64,000 nt of DNA from a virus (IMGVR_UViG_3300027741_000025:32001-96000); one strand, 5' to 3'. Shown: positions 17,642-29,136, counted from the first letter of the stretch. Numbers and translations are program-made. Notes: generated by a model not told the origin, from the letters alone.

Positions 17642-19516
17642 CTAGGCGATGGTCACATTCCCAGAAGAAAATGTACCCGTATATTTTTTACCATCATAAA
17701 TTAAATCAAATGTATCTCCAACATAACCAGAAGGTATATTGGCTACTGCGATCTGAGAAGATTCCAAATAGATATGCATCACAGAAGGAATGCCTAAAGC
17801 TTCAATATAATTAAATATTAAAACGCATGGTTTTGTTAAACTTGTAATATTCATACCAGCCAACTCGCCAAAATAATAATTATTTAAAGAATCATATTTT
17901 GTTAATAAATTTTTATTATAGTGAGATGTTGAGCTACTTATATTAAAATTACCATCTATAAGCGATCCACTATAGGTTACCCCATCTACTATTAAAACAA
18001 ACGGTTTGTTCAAGTAGCCACCACCTAAATAATCAATGCTAGCTACTGTACTGCCGTCAAATATTAAATTCATGGTGGCACCACTGCCAGTTGTCGATTC
18101 ATTATATGCAATTCCAAGCACCATTCTATCACATACAACGGTAGCCCCGGTTTCGCGAGAATCTAAACAACCCCAAATAAAATGTCCTGGTATCTGGCAC
18201 TTTTCATCTGTTGGGGGAAAGTTTGCATCACAATTACCATATAAATAAGAAAGCTGGATTGCCTGAGTTATTGTTGGAGTGGGTCCAGGAGTTTCCGTGG
18301 GTGTAGCTGTTGGTGTTGCTGTAGCGGTTGGTGTAGCTGTTGGTCCAAGTGTCTTTGTTGGTGTAGCTGTTGGTCCAAGTGTCTTTGTTGGTGTTGCTGT
18401 TGGTCCAAGTGTCTTTGTTGGTGTTGCTGTTGGTCCAAGTGTCTTTGTTGGTGTTGCTGTTGGTCCAAGTGTCTTTGTTGGTGTAGCGGTTGGTCCAAGT
18501 GTCTTTGTTGGTGTTGCTGTTGGTCCAAGTGTCTTTGTTGGTGTAGCTGTTGGTCCAAGTGTCTTTGTTGGTGTTGCTGTTGGAGGATAAGTAAATCCTG
18601 GTGGAGTTGCTGTTACAGTAGGAGTAGGTGTGGCCGTCGGTGTTGCCGTGCCGGTTGGCGTAGCTGTTGGAGGATAAGTAAATCCTGGTGGAGTTGCTGT
18701 TACAGTAGGAGTGGGTGTTATCACCAACGTCCCAGTAACTACTTCAAAGTCCACAACTATTTTATCCGTAGTGTTTATTGAAGAAGATAAAGTGAAACTT
18801 CCTGAACTTGCATTTTCTGTGAAGCTAACTTTTTTCCAAGACGAGATAGTTATCAAACTATTATTGTCTGATACCACAGGATAATAAGAAGCATTCTCCG
18901 ATGCGCCAAGTATTCTTGATCCATTAATATACACTCGTAATGATCCTGGCTTAAATATATATTCAACATAGTACTTATTAGAATCAGATAACATCGGTGC
19001 TACTTGGTAGAAATGTTGATGATAATCAGTAGGTATCGCCAGATTCGCTCTTACTACGTTGTCATTCAGATCCCAGGTAACACCATTGGAATTTTTAAAT
19101 ACTAAATTTCCATTATCGACAACACCCAAGCTAACATCATATTTATTTTTAAATTCCACAGTTAAGGCAGATGCTATTTTTAATCTTTCTTCATCTGTCA
19201 TTCTCACAAATCCACCACCATCTATATGGTCAGATATATGATGCATAGACAGGTCTACTGCATTCTTCTTCAGAGTCCCATCTTCGTTTAAAGAAACAGC
19301 CAGCCTGGCAAGAAGATCTCCGATATCCACACCTTGTGTTTGTAATATGGATATAAGATTGTTTACTTGTTGAGATATTATCTCGTCTCTTTTTGCCAGA
19401 GACCTTAGGGGTTTATTGTCGTATTCCCAATGATACGGATCCCCAGGCTGATAAAAAGGAGTGTTTTGGTTACTTAAATTTAAATGCTTAAAAGATTTCT
19501 CGTCGTTATTCTGCAT
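17642..19516 (-). CDS. Mucin-like fibre/structural protein with Pro/Thr stalk and duplicated C-terminal beta domain
   Basis: Eight [10 protein letters not shown] repeats and two ..DG..Y.G....GN..I units. Confidence 0.75.
   Translation of the reverse strand: MQNNDEKSFKHLNLSNQNTPFYQPGDPYHWEYDNKPLRSLAKRDEIISQQVNNLISILQTQGVDIGDLLARLAVSLNEDGTLKKNAVDLSMHHISDHIDGGGFVRMTDEERLKIASALTVEFKNKYDVSLGVVDNGNLVFKNSNGVTWDLNDNVVRANLAIPTDYHQHFYQVAPMLSDSNKYYVEYIFKPGSLRVYINGSRILGASENASYYPVVSDNNSLITISSWKKVSFTENASSGSFTLSSSINTTDKIVVDFEVVTGTLVITPTPTVTATPPGFTYPPTATPTGTATPTATPTPTVTATPPGFTYPPTATPTKTLGPTATPTKTLGPTATPTKTLGPTATPTKTLGPTATPTKTLGPTATPTKTLGPTATPTKTLGPTATPTKTLGPTATPTATATPTATPTETPGPTPTITQAIQLSYLYGNCDANFPPTDEKCQIPGHFIWGCLDSRETGATVVCDRMVLGIAYNESTTGSGATMNLIFDGSTVASIDYLGGGYLNKPFVLIVDGVTYSGSLIDGNFNISSSTSHYNKNLLTKYDSLNNYYFGELAGMNITSLTKPCVLIFNYIEALGIPSVMHIYLESSQIAVANIPSGYVGDTFDLIYDGKKYTGTFSSGNVTIA
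18331..18570. repeat. 30-bp coding tandem repeat, 8 copies
   Basis: GTGTWGCKGTTGGTCCAAGTGTCTTTGTTG, contiguous with no spacers. Confidence 0.95.
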
Positions 19517-19558
19517 AGAGATATATATCGTCTACATATAAAAAATGGAGCCAGAAAA

Positions 19559-20032
19559 CTATAGAAAATTAATTCGCCAATTCCATGTTATCTGCATATT
19601 TTCAGTCTTGGTCAGGTCTGGAAATGTCACCATACTGTATAAATCTCCGCTATTCATTTCTAAAGCCATTTCACTTAAAACCCTTCCGTTTATCTCTGAG
19701 TATTTTATAACGGATGTAAAAACAACCTGTGATGATATTGAAGGATCTATATTGGCTATTATAGGCTTGGATATTACTTTATTTCCAAACAATGCGTTTC
19801 TACCTCCATCTACTATCTTTGGAGAAGAGTTCAATGTCCCTCCATCTCCAAATATCATTTTAGAAACATAAAAGGAGTAAATATCACCTACTTCGTTAGC
19901 CAAACTCATGGCTAATGCTTCTTTTCCTTTATTCAAAATTGTGTTTTTCATTGTATAAAAAACTTTATTTTTATTTAAATCTTCTATGCAAACGTCAACA
20001 AAACCTTGAATTTTCTGACTTTCTTCTTTCAT
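19559..20032 (-). CDS. Baseplate/tail-collar fibre attachment protein
   Basis: NTILNKGKEALA...MIFGDGG...LSEMAL...TKT...WRI pattern, located next to wedge genes. Confidence 0.6.
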   Translation of the reverse strand: MKEESQKIQGFVDVCIEDLNKNKVFYTMKNTILNKGKEALAMSLANEVGDIYSFYVSKMIFGDGGTLNSSPKIVDGGRNALFGNKVISKPIIANIDPSISSQVVFTSVIKYSEINGRVLSEMALEMNSGDLYSMVTFPDLTKTENMQITWNWRINFL

Positions 20033-23000
20033 ATTTCTCCCTTTTCTCTGAATCCTTCTAAAGTTGTTATTTCGAAGCTAATGCTTTCTTTTTGGGACAT
20101 ATAGTGATTGACACCAGAATTATCTGTTGGGCTGACGATTTCTTTTCCACTTCTGTCTACTGAAAACTGTGCTTGCGGCAAACTCAAATAATCTTCATCA
20201 ACAACGGCGTTAGTTTTCATGTACTTATAAATCTCCACTTCCATCTCAACGCCTTCTGTTCCAAAATTTTCAAAAAGACCAGCCAACCAGATTGTTTTGC
20301 CATCTATCTCTGAAATAAAATAGTAATTATCCCCAGAATTCAAATTTATATATGGATCATCATAAACTTCTTTTACTAAAATCGAAAAATCTTCTTTAAA
20401 ATTGTCAGAGATAGTCTTCACAGAAGAATCACTATTTTTACCATTAACTATACTTAAAGTTTGCTCAAGATTAGTAGGGCAATCTGCTTTCAGACCTACA
20501 TAGGCAAAATATCCTTCAGAAGAAGGCAGCAATATCTGCCTATACTCTAGATTGGTTGAACCCAAGTTGCTTCCATTGTAAGTATCTATGTATAAAATAT
20601 CCTCATCCTCAGAATAACCCACTATTTTACACAAATAGTCATCGCCCCCAACAGTAAAGAATACATAGTTATTATTTCTATTTAAAATAGACATACCTTC
20701 TGTATTATTAAATTTGATTTTTGATCTATTTGAATGTCGAATATTACAAGTGCTGGTTGCGTTTTCATTATTAATTTCTACAGCATCTAAGTTTTTGTCT
20801 AAAATAGAGTATGTTTTGTTTAATAAGTTTCCCGTTATCAAATTATTATTGTTGCTTAACAATAATTTATTGTTTGGTAAAATTTCTATTATGTCAAAAT
20901 TATAGTAAGACCCACCTATATTGATTCTCACATAGCACCCAGCAGTTGGTAACGGCGTAGGCGTCGGTGTGTGCGATCTTGAGACGGTTGCTATGTTTAA
21001 ATCTTTGAAAGAAACACTGTTGTCTGAAAGTTCTACAATATCATCTTTTGTTACAAATTCTGTGTCGTAACTAAAGAGTTTATTATATAATTTAAAATTA
21101 AAAGGTGCCACGTTAAGTGGTTCCATCGCATCCGTGACAACAACGAAATTCCCAGATCGTGATACACGATACCCACCAGAATTTAATCCCGATGTGACTT
21201 CTATATGACAATTTTCCGATATTGGTATGTCGGCAAGATTTAAATCACCACTAAATAAAACTACTTTTTCATTGTAAAAATTTAGTCTACCAGAGAACAC
21301 TAGTTCTTTAGATGCCATGTCACTTCTTATTTTCAGCTGGTTCATTAATTTATTTCTATAAAACCATTGTTGTGTGGCGCCAGCTATAACCGACTCTTGG
21401 CTTGTGTTTTCAATCAATACATCGTAGTCTTCAATTGGCGGCGTAACAAATTCGTTTTGCCCACCATATAGGTTTATAGTTTTTAATATTGAGTGAAAAG
21501 GAGTATTTTCTGCAATTATACTTTTAACTTCTGATATTCTATCATTCGATAAACTTTCTACTTCTAAGTCTATATCAAATTTTCCACTCCTGCAGTATGA
21601 GCAAGAATCTAAAAAGTCTTTATCTATGTCGCATGGATCTAAACTGTCTCTCATACTGCCATTATATTCATCCATGTTATAAACATTTTCACTGTATGGA
21701 AACTCTGTTCTTATTTTGCCAAAAACTATGTTTTTAACAAAAGGATGCCTTTTAGTTAGTATTGAACTAACCATTGGATCACGCTCGGATATAAGTCTAG
21801 TATTCCAGTTTTTCAAAGGGATGGTTAAAACACTCTGTCCATCAACAATAGTTTTTTCTTCCCTTTCATCTATGAGTTGAAGATTTTTTATATAAGTATC
21901 AACAGATTCCTCTGATAAGGAGGGAATTTTAAAATAATATAAGAACCTTATAATATCTCCCGGAACTAATCCCACACTACTAGAAACTTGAGCAAAATAT
22001 TCGCCATATTCATTTTCTATAATCTCGATATTGTGTGTGTCACCATTGGATATATCGACACTTATTGTTTCTGTGCTATTATTTTTTGTTAAATATATTT
22101 CAAAGTAATCAGTAGTTAAAGAAGCTGGTTTTTTAGACAGTTTAAAAGTATTTGTTTCCAAAACAAAAAATGACTCTTGTGTGAAAAAAGGAGATGTTAT
22201 TTGCCAAAAATTTTCCAAACTTATGAGCCGCATCCCAGCCTGTGAAAAACTATCCTTTAAAGATCCAATTGTTCCTTTCTTTTTATAAAGGGGAACTGCT
22301 TCTTTTATTTGTCTTCTCCATAATGTTGGATCTTGACTCTTTAATTTAACGTCGAGTGTATTGCTTAGGTAAGTTATCATATACTCACCCACAGCGTTAG
22401 AATCTAGAAGATCTACAATTTGATTTCCGATATCTTCTAAAACAGTAAATCCTTCAGCAACAGAGCTGTTGAATTTTTGAATAACATCTGGTGATCGATC
22501 TGTGTCGGTAAGCATGATTTTGTACATTTCCGGCAAGTATCTGTCCAGAAGTGTTTCATATTTACCAGGAGTGGTGTGATGCGTAGGTGATGTCGTAGAC
22601 AAAGCATTCGAAGATCTGAGATTAAATTTAATATTATCTGAAAATACACTGCTTGATACTTTTGGCATCCAGCTCCAACATATAAAATAATCTCCCTCTC
22701 TCATCCCTGTGGGATCCCATGTGTATTCAAAATGCCCAATAGAATCAGTCTTTTTTATCAAGCTATTCGCCAGATCCCCAGAGAACCATGCTGGGAATTC
22801 CGCAGTACCCACAGTTTTAACAGATATAACACCTTTGTAATAAAAGGTATCCGAATACACAGGATCGTTTGTAGATGTTTCACTAAACTTCAGAGAAGCC
22901 CCAGCTAAAGTTTTAGAGGCAGGATAAGAAAGTATTATTGATGTTTCATTTAAAACATACGAAATAGTAGTCCCTATCTTTATCCCATCTCCTTCAACCA

Positions 23001-23274
23001 ACATTCCAACTTTTAAATTTGTATTATATGTGAGATTGCTTATTTTCCTTGAATCAGAGTTTAAATCTCCTGTTATAACTAACGAAGGATTTTGTTTTAT
23101 TTCAAAATTATATTCTTTTTGTTCTGTGTCTCCAAAATCTCTTTCAACAAAGTATATCTTTACATTTTCAACTTTATATGGATCTATTAAATTATTATTT
23201 TCATCTGTTATTTTTAAATTAAACAGAATGTTATCCGCAACAGATGGATTTTGATCTATTGTTAAAGTTTTCAT
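20029..23274 (-). CDS. Baseplate wedge protein (P2 gpI/T4 gp7-like)
   Basis: LPEMY...RRQIKEAVPLYKKKGT motif, follows the J/gp6 gene. Confidence 0.7.
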   Translation of the reverse strand: MKTLTIDQNPSVADNILFNLKITDENNNLIDPYKVENVKIYFVERDFGDTEQKEYNFEIKQNPSLVITGDLNSDSRKISNLTYNTNLKVGMLVEGDGIKIGTTISYVLNETSIILSYPASKTLAGASLKFSETSTNDPVYSDTFYYKGVISVKTVGTAEFPAWFSGDLANSLIKKTDSIGHFEYTWDPTGMREGDYFICWSWMPKVSSSVFSDNIKFNLRSSNALSTTSPTHHTTPGKYETLLDRYLPEMYKIMLTDTDRSPDVIQKFNSSVAEGFTVLEDIGNQIVDLLDSNAVGEYMITYLSNTLDVKLKSQDPTLWRRQIKEAVPLYKKKGTIGSLKDSFSQAGMRLISLENFWQITSPFFTQESFFVLETNTFKLSKKPASLTTDYFEIYLTKNNSTETISVDISNGDTHNIEIIENEYGEYFAQVSSSVGLVPGDIIRFLYYFKIPSLSEESVDTYIKNLQLIDEREEKTIVDGQSVLTIPLKNWNTRLISERDPMVSSILTKRHPFVKNIVFGKIRTEFPYSENVYNMDEYNGSMRDSLDPCDIDKDFLDSCSYCRSGKFDIDLEVESLSNDRISEVKSIIAENTPFHSILKTINLYGGQNEFVTPPIEDYDVLIENTSQESVIAGATQQWFYRNKLMNQLKIRSDMASKELVFSGRLNFYNEKVVLFSGDLNLADIPISENCHIEVTSGLNSGGYRVSRSGNFVVVTDAMEPLNVAPFNFKLYNKLFSYDTEFVTKDDIVELSDNSVSFKDLNIATVSRSHTPTPTPLPTAGCYVRINIGGSYYNFDIIEILPNNKLLLSNNNNLITGNLLNKTYSILDKNLDAVEINNENATSTCNIRHSNRSKIKFNNTEGMSILNRNNNYVFFTVGGDDYLCKIVGYSEDEDILYIDTYNGSNLGSTNLEYRQILLPSSEGYFAYVGLKADCPTNLEQTLSIVNGKNSDSSVKTISDNFKEDFSILVKEVYDDPYINLNSGDNYYFISEIDGKTIWLAGLFENFGTEGVEMEVEIYKYMKTNAVVDEDYLSLPQAQFSVDRSGKEIVSPTDNSGVNHYMSQKESISFEITTLEGFREKGEI

Positions 23275-24836
23275 TGAATTTGTTCGTACTGGAAGTTTAA
23301 GGTAATAATTCCCGGTCTAATTATTTCATTGAATTTAGGAGCAATAATTGAAACACCACCTGCTTCCATATCATTTTCATTTGTAAAAGAAACCTCATAA
23401 TGATCTGGCTCCTTTATATCAGCTAATTTTTTAATAACATCTACGTCTCTTATTGTTTTTCCATAATCCCAATTACTTAACAAAAATAGATCCAATAATC
23501 TTCTTGTAATTTTTTCTCTCATTTCATCTTCAAACTTTCTGTAGAGCCTATCTATAAAAATATCCACAGAAACATCAACCAACACTACTACGCCATCTCT
23601 TATGCAAACAAAATCCGTTATCATTTTATTTGCTTCTATATAAGTTTTAAGTTCGTCTTTAAGTTGATCGCTTGCTTTTTCTAAAGTTTGTTCATCTTGC
23701 TTTGCCAGAATATAAAGATCTACTATATTTGCTGAGCAACCATAATTTCTTAAAGAAGCAACAGATTTTCCAATTTGTCCTTGATAAGGACTTACGAATT
23801 GTTCAGATAATGTTTTATAATCCAGTCCTGTAACAGCTCTATTCTGAGTCCTAAGATATTGAGGAAGCTTTCTTCTTATATCATCTATTGTGTCGCCATT
23901 ATACCCAAACTGCCCTTTGGTATAATTATTAAAAGTAACTGGAACGCTAATCTCATAATTAGGAGGGTTAATTATAGTTTGGGTACTAACACTACCAGCA
24001 ACAATATTACCTATGGATCCGCCGCCGGTCCTATACGTTACTGATACTTGAGATCCTTGCGAAGGCAAAAGCCCGGCTCTATTATTTCCAAATATAATAT
24101 AAGCAGTATAGGTAGAATCAAATTCAACTCTATACTCTCTTCTTGGTTGAGAATCTGTAAAATATTCTACTTCATTCCATCTAACTCCATCAACTGAAAC
24201 TCTAATAGAATCATATATTACAGGGAAGTAACCTAAAGCAACAGTTTGACCAACTTGACCCGTTCCATCTATAATATCGTTTCGAGTCACTCCTTCAAGA
24301 CCAACAACGCTTGCATTAACAAAACTACCAGCAGGTATAATTATATCGTCATCAAGAACGGGATTATTATCGGCATCTGAAGGGAACAATTCTATTCTTA
24401 TAATTCTATCCCCACTAACTGTTTCTATATCGAATGGTGTTGGTATAACTAAATCGAAATCTAATGCATTATTAATTGTTGCTGTCCAAAGAGATCTTGC
24501 GCTTATTGGTGGTTGGGGTTTAAAGCCAACCAATTTGGATAATCTGAATGCATTTTCTAATTCTGTTACTGTGTCTATGAATATTTCATTTGCAATTTGA
24601 TCCATCTTGAAACTTAGAGTATCTGCTATAAATGCCCAGTTCTCTATGAGCATAATTGCAATCGAGGATTCTACAAAGTCGTTAAATTCCGTGGAGTATT
24701 TTTGTCTTATAAACTCCACCAACCTAGTCTTCATAGACCAGAAATCTTGGTTTGTATAATTTAAATTAAAAATATTAGGTTTTTTAATAGTTTGTGATTG
24801 TGCGTACGGCGTTATATCAAATGGACAGTTGCTCAT
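23271..24836 (-). CDS. Baseplate wedge subunit (T4 gp6/baseplate J-like)
   Basis: YTNQDF, NDFVESS, IIFGNNRAGLLP, YRTGGGSIGN, RTQNRAVT..DY. Confidence 0.9.
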   Translation of the reverse strand: MSNCPFDITPYAQSQTIKKPNIFNLNYTNQDFWSMKTRLVEFIRQKYSTEFNDFVESSIAIMLIENWAFIADTLSFKMDQIANEIFIDTVTELENAFRLSKLVGFKPQPPISARSLWTATINNALDFDLVIPTPFDIETVSGDRIIRIELFPSDADNNPVLDDDIIIPAGSFVNASVVGLEGVTRNDIIDGTGQVGQTVALGYFPVIYDSIRVSVDGVRWNEVEYFTDSQPRREYRVEFDSTYTAYIIFGNNRAGLLPSQGSQVSVTYRTGGGSIGNIVAGSVSTQTIINPPNYEISVPVTFNNYTKGQFGYNGDTIDDIRRKLPQYLRTQNRAVTGLDYKTLSEQFVSPYQGQIGKSVASLRNYGCSANIVDLYILAKQDEQTLEKASDQLKDELKTYIEANKMITDFVCIRDGVVVLVDVSVDIFIDRLYRKFEDEMREKITRRLLDLFLLSNWDYGKTIRDVDVIKKLADIKEPDHYEVSFTNENDMEAGGVSIIAPKFNEIIRPGIITLNFQYEQIQ

Positions 24837-24859
24837 AATGTTAATATAGTTTTTAATTT

Positions 24860-25276
24860 TTAAGTTAGTGGAATCTGTAATCTTAATTCTTGCACCTCAG
24901 ATATCTGTTCTGGGTCCACAAATGTTATTTTAATATACAAGATGTTATCTACGTCTTCTCTTGGATCCATTGGATTCAAGCTGCTATTCGGAGTTTCCCT
25001 GGAAACTTCTATCTGACTAACTGCTATTCTTGGCTCCCACGTAGATATTGCTTCTGCTATCATGTTTTGTGCCATAGTTTCCAGCGCTGCGTCGTTTTGT
25101 TCAAATATCAACCTCTTTAGAGGTGTTCCATAATCAGCAAGAAAAACGCGTTCTCCTGGATTTGTTAATAATAAAGATAACAAATCTGATTTTATTTGAG
25201 AGACTCCGCTCTGAGTTCTAAAAAATCCAAGTGGATTTTTTATTACAGGATATGGTAAACCAAGAAAATTAGCCAT
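24860..25276 (-). CDS. GPW/gp25 family baseplate protein
   Basis: LLLTNPGERVFLADYGTPLKRLIFE...WEPRI. Confidence 0.92.
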   Translation of the reverse strand: MANFLGLPYPVIKNPLGFFRTQSGVSQIKSDLLSLLLTNPGERVFLADYGTPLKRLIFEQNDAALETMAQNMIAEAISTWEPRIAVSQIEVSRETPNSSLNPMDPREDVDNILYIKITFVDPEQISEVQELRLQIPLT

Positions 25277-25303
25277 ACACTATATAAGCTTATATTTTTT
25301 TAT

Positions 25304-27574
25304 TTAAATGCCAGAAGCCTGATTTTCTGATGATTCCCCAGAAGTAATGGCTTGTTTTGCTCTTAGGGTGCTCTCATCTGCGGCTTTATCTGCCGGAGTA
25401 CCAGCACTAGATTCGCAGCAAGGAGTAGTTGGACACAATGCAAGAGGCTCTAGCATGAATATACTTGCTCCTTGTGCTGTGCAACTGGCACTTGCATAAA
25501 CTCTATCGCTCAACCTTAAGCAACCACCCACATATACAACAACAGGACCTAAGCATGGAACACATCCTTCATCATTGTTCTTTGGTTGGCAATCTTTACC
25601 GGCAAGCAATAAAATTTTCTCATTTGCTACAAATACATGTGACTTTTTAGTAACATTCACACAGTAATCTTCAGTAGAAACAACTTTGAGTCTGCTTACT
25701 ATCTCTACAGAATCAGATGGATTTTTTTCTGGGTCTCCGATTATTTCAACTTTATCTTTGCATGTAGAAACAACATACCGCCCCCCAGAACGTAAGAAAA
25801 TATAAGAATTTTCAGAGTTGGTGCTTTCTTGCATTCTTATTATGTGAGGTCCACAGCTGCCAGGTTTTGTTTTTTGAGGAGCAAGTAACTGGATGTATTG
25901 CTGTTGTGTTTCGTCTTGAGAAGATGAATCATTCATCATTATCTCCAGCCCATAGCCTGTTCTCATTTTAACATAGGCTTTTTTAGCCTTAGCTTTTGGA
26001 CTAGCTCCTTCTTTTCGAGTCTCAGAGCACTGTTCGTTTGCCTCATCACACATGTCTAGTGTGTGATTAGAAGTGCTTTGTATATGTATGCCTCTTCTGG
26101 ATCCTGCTGTGCAAGGAGCAATTGTATGATCATTTAATTCCACCTTATTACCAGTGGCAGTTTTTAACATTATGTAATTATTTTCACTTCTTGCTGGAAT
26201 ATCTCCGCTGGTCTCCAAGTCACTAATTTCTATAGAATGCCCTGTTGCACTTTTGAGATACATTCTCCCTGCAAAAGTATTGTTACAACCAAAATCAAAC
26301 GCCTTTGTTGACCTTGCCCAACCCATATCACCAGACGGCTCTTCAACACTGTCATCCATAACAAAAGTATGTCCAGATATACTCATAAACTGTATACCAG
26401 TTTGTGGTAAATCACACTTATTATTTTGTGGTGTATTTGGACCCTTATAAGGTCTGCACTCATTCTCATGTTTAAAATAAGGGTTATCTCCAACCTGACT
26501 ATCAGGATATTTAGAATTTGGGCTGCCTGTACTTGGATGTCCTCCTATAATTTTTTTATTACTTGTTTTACCATCGCAATCTAATTTTTCTTTCGGATTA
26601 TAGCCTATGGGACCAATATTTGTTGTTCGTGCTTCGGGTGAAATAGCGCTTTCTCCAAAAGCCTGATATCTACTTATTAATCCATACTGTTTAGTTGTAT
26701 CATCTTCTGGACTTCCTTCATCTTGTCCTGGGACACAACTCACATCTCCTGGCTTGGCTCCACAACTTGTGTGTGCCCACTGACCACCATAGTGCAAGTG
26801 ATCATCTTTAAACATCATCCAGTTACCACAGCTGGACATCAACTCCATTCTTTTCCATTTTCTATTGCACTTAGCATCTCCATCTACCATTTTAAGCATG
26901 TGTTTTTCTGGTGTCTTAAAGCCGTAGATATTTGGATATGTTATTCTTTTTTGAGCTTCTACATCTTGGGAAAAATCAACAATTGAATTAAGATCAAACC
27001 CATTATAGCTTTCTGTATTCCAAGGCGGCAGAACTTGACTTTCATCGTTAGCCCCTACTAAATATCCTTTTCTTTTGCCCTCATATATTTTTTTATATTC
27101 GCTGTCTGGACCTCCCATGGAGCTATACAGCCAATTATGTCTTCCTTGGGGTCCTCTATTTCTGTGCCAAACTGTTCCTAAATAATATGGCGCATTTCTA
27201 TCTCCATTTTCAAACATGATGGCAACAGTGCTGCCTGCAGGCGGAATCCAATTTAAGCCACAATCATCAATTCCACCCATGCTTGATATTGGATAAGCCC
27301 AAGGAAATTCTTTTAAAGGTCTTTTAGGATTGTGTAGAAATGGACAGAAAAATCTTATTCTGTTCATTTTCCATATATCAATAGTATCAATACAGAAAGC
27401 TAAATAAATACCGTGTAAAGTTTCTTCTTGTACGAAAACTTTCATTCCATCATTAAGAACACTTTGAACTACAGATTTTGTTTCATATCTCATGTTTCCA
27501 AATCGTGTTTCAATAGCCCTTAGTCTAAGGTCTATTTTCTTTAAATCTTCTGGGTTAAACATTATTTTACACAC
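25304..27574 (-). CDS. Baseplate spike (gp5/VgrG-like), Cys-rich
   Basis: OB-fold PWAYP...PPAGSTVAIMFENGDRNAPYYLG, followed by beta-repeat units (SGHTFVMDD, TGHSIEISD, TGNKVELND). Confidence 0.85.
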   Translation of the reverse strand: MCKIMFNPEDLKKIDLRLRAIETRFGNMRYETKSVVQSVLNDGMKVFVQEETLHGIYLAFCIDTIDIWKMNRIRFFCPFLHNPKRPLKEFPWAYPISSMGGIDDCGLNWIPPAGSTVAIMFENGDRNAPYYLGTVWHRNRGPQGRHNWLYSSMGGPDSEYKKIYEGKRKGYLVGANDESQVLPPWNTESYNGFDLNSIVDFSQDVEAQKRITYPNIYGFKTPEKHMLKMVDGDAKCNRKWKRMELMSSCGNWMMFKDDHLHYGGQWAHTSCGAKPGDVSCVPGQDEGSPEDDTTKQYGLISRYQAFGESAISPEARTTNIGPIGYNPKEKLDCDGKTSNKKIIGGHPSTGSPNSKYPDSQVGDNPYFKHENECRPYKGPNTPQNNKCDLPQTGIQFMSISGHTFVMDDSVEEPSGDMGWARSTKAFDFGCNNTFAGRMYLKSATGHSIEISDLETSGDIPARSENNYIMLKTATGNKVELNDHTIAPCTAGSRRGIHIQSTSNHTLDMCDEANEQCSETRKEGASPKAKAKKAYVKMRTGYGLEIMMNDSSSQDETQQQYIQLLAPQKTKPGSCGPHIIRMQESTNSENSYIFLRSGGRYVVSTCKDKVEIIGDPEKNPSDSVEIVSRLKVVSTEDYCVNVTKKSHVFVANEKILLLAGKDCQPKNNDEGCVPCLGPVVVYVGGCLRLSDRVYASASCTAQGASIFMLEPLALCPTTPCCESSAGTPADKAADESTLRAKQAITSGESSENQASGI

Positions 27575-29136
27575 TTTCCACAGTTTTTATCTTCTGAAAT
27601 ATTGAGCTTAAATCCATCTGGGTCATCACCAAGAGGAGCATTTCTATTCATTTCAACATTTGGAGCATCTAACATCACCTTTAATATAGTGACATAAGAA
27701 CCGGATTTTATTTGATGATTAACCGACATTATTCGCCAGTTTTTATTACTAAAAACAGGATTGCAGGCTGGTTCTGCCAACCATTCTGGACAACCCGCAT
27801 CACTTAAAACCAAGTTTTGACTTTTCAAATGAAAAGGATTCACCACTATCAAAGATAGTGTTTTGCTAAAAAAATTTATTGGAAAAACATATTTAGGATC
27901 ACCTATTATTTTTAATTCTGCTTCTATTGATGGAATTATTTCTCTTGGAGCATTAGCTTTTTCATGAGCTGCATTTGCACTGGCAGTATCTTTGGCTTGT
28001 CGATCCGGAGCTCGGTTGTTATCCTGACCGCCAGTACTCATTTTAGAAGCTGTGCCTCCTTTATCTTTATCGCTTTCCGCGCAGCTAGCTCCTGCTTTTG
28101 CACCGGCTGCACTAGCACCCGCTTGAGAAGCACCAGATGATCCTGATGATGCAAATTGCCAATTGCATTGGGGGTTAAAGCTTAATACTGGGCTTTTATT
28201 TCCTCCGTTAACTATGTAAGTTCCAATATTAGCATGACACTCACTTAATCCTTCTTTTTCGTTTGGCTCTGGGTCCTCTAACAAAAGTATTGTTCCTCCT
28301 TCTTTTGGTATTCCTTTTGTTTCCTTTCCCTTCCACTGAAGAAGTATTCCTTTATCGTTTTCTGTTTTATATGGAGATATCCATCTTCTTAAAGTTGCCA
28401 ACTTATTTTGTTGGCAAGAACCCCACACACTTTTTGGACCTTCTTTTCCACCGTCTGAGTTTTTAAAATTCCACTCTTTTCCATCTTTGTCTACAAATTC
28501 TACATTTAAAGTTGGAGGCGGAAGGTTTTCCTTCATAAACTTTCTTATTGCTTCTTTTAAAGAAACTTTTTTATCTTCTGTTCCTATGTTACACTCTTGT
28601 CTTACTTCACTAATTCTTCCTACCATGTCTTGGGCTTCTAACGTGTATTTTATTTTACCTCCCTCGTAAACCACATTCATTTTTAGTGGAAGCAAATGTA
28701 TTGGAGATCCGTTTTCTGTCACAACAGAAAATTTTTGAACAGATTCTCCACCGCATTTCTTTTCAACTATCCACCCAAAGTCTAGCTCCACATAATTCAT
28801 ATCTCTCGAAACATCTCCAAGACTTTTGTTAAGTGCTTGAAAAGATTTTGTGAAATTTCCGCCTTGTTCATCGAATATTTCAATATTAACCCCCATTCCT
28901 TCAGAAGCACCATATTCCAAAGACGTAATAACAGCCGTGTTATCTCCATCGGGTCTGGAGTTGTTACCTACTGTTACCACCTCTTTATCAAATCCTATTT
29001 TTAATTCAACAAAAGTTGCAAAAGAATATCCTTCATATTTTTTATCTCCATCGATCACTCCGTCAAAAGGAAGTCTAGGGGGTCTGCCTGCACAAGAAAA
29101 TTTAGACAAACAATTAACTAAAAAATCTTCAGCCAT
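27562..29136 (-). CDS. Baseplate hub protein (gp27/late-control D-like)
   Basis: AELKIIGDP and WRIMSVNHQIKSGSYVTIL C-terminal motifs, positioned between gp53 and gp5. Confidence 0.7.
   Translation of the reverse strand: MAEDFLVNCLSKFSCAGRPPRLPFDGVIDGDKKYEGYSFATFVELKIGFDKEVVTVGNNSRPDGDNTAVITSLEYGASEGMGVNIEIFDEQGGNFTKSFQALNKSLGDVSRDMNYVELDFGWIVEKKCGGESVQKFSVVTENGSPIHLLPLKMNVVYEGGKIKYTLEAQDMVGRISEVRQECNIGTEDKKVSLKEAIRKFMKENLPPPTLNVEFVDKDGKEWNFKNSDGGKEGPKSVWGSCQQNKLATLRRWISPYKTENDKGILLQWKGKETKGIPKEGGTILLLEDPEPNEKEGLSECHANIGTYIVNGGNKSPVLSFNPQCNWQFASSGSSGASQAGASAAGAKAGASCAESDKDKGGTASKMSTGGQDNNRAPDRQAKDTASANAAHEKANAPREIIPSIEAELKIIGDPKYVFPINFFSKTLSLIVVNPFHLKSQNLVLSDAGCPEWLAEPACNPVFSNKNWRIMSVNHQIKSGSYVTILKVMLDAPNVEMNRNAPLGDDPDGFKLNISEDKNCGKCVK

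Noticed and set aside
18331-18570. 30-bp repeats as a CRISPR array
   Set aside because: Units are contiguous with no unique spacers and encode in-frame [10 protein letters not shown]. No cas genes are present.
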